A DNA stretch of 64,000 bases, taken from positions 189,138 through 253,137 of the IMG/VR virus record IMGVR_UViG_3300027759_000046. The stretch is one strand, 5' to 3'. Both the position numbers and the translations under genes were made by a program. A model generated the notes under the pieces. The model was not told the origin of the DNA and made no database searches. It saw only the letters and a program-made list of their open reading frames with translations. This document shows, piece by piece, positions 63,999 through 64,000 of this stretch (the stretch's first letter is position 1; the number at the start of each line of letters is the position of its first letter).

Positions 63999-64000
63999 AA

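Noticed and set aside
1-64000. Alternative genetic code (stop-codon reassignment)
   Set aside because: Known genes (terminase, ligase, thyA) are full length in the standard code and coding density is high.
1-64000. Bacterial chromosome or prophage origin
   Set aside because: Host-like genes (rpsU, ssrA, thyA, gmk) are interspersed with T4-like virion genes and share phage promoter motifs. No integrase or cellular operons were seen.

Overview
This 64-kb window is part of a large (jumbo or huge) T4-like myophage genome. The host is most likely Bacteroidota, based on a Bacteroidota-type bS21, DUF3127- and DUF4494-like genes, a Gly-resume tmRNA tag and no obvious Shine-Dalgarno motifs. Packaging and tail genes include small and large terminase and gp6-, gp15-, gp3- and gp26/gp51-like proteins. 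The window also carries an ECF-like sigma factor, PhoH, nucleotide and DNA-repair genes (thyA, gmk, ATP-dependent ligase, Fpg, UvsE, MBD4-like glycosylase, Nudix, exonucleases), ribosomal protein bS21 and a tmRNA. Five unusual signals stand out. (1) About 20 unrelated genes share an N-terminal MKxxKxFxxF(I/L)NE leader resembling the T4 capsid-targeting sequence, many behind a (G/A)ATAAATAA late-promoter motif. This suggests a large tagged cargo of head-packaged proteins: peptidoglycan hydrolases and binders, annexin-like and pre-toxin-TG proteins, nucleotidyltransferases, a GNAT, an ATP-grasp and a metalloprotease. (2) An unannotated ~420-nt ncRNA candidate with paired ends and several possible pseudoknots lies at 24905-25325 (-). 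(3) A GNAT, a histone-deacetylase-family enzyme and a Lys-rich H1-like protein lie within 7 kb. (4) A methyltransferase, glycosylase and glucosyltransferase-like operon may modify DNA. (5) A GT4-heptosyltransferase fusion co-occurs with Gly-Thr/Ser repeat proteins. All family calls come from recognising motifs by eye; no database searches were run.
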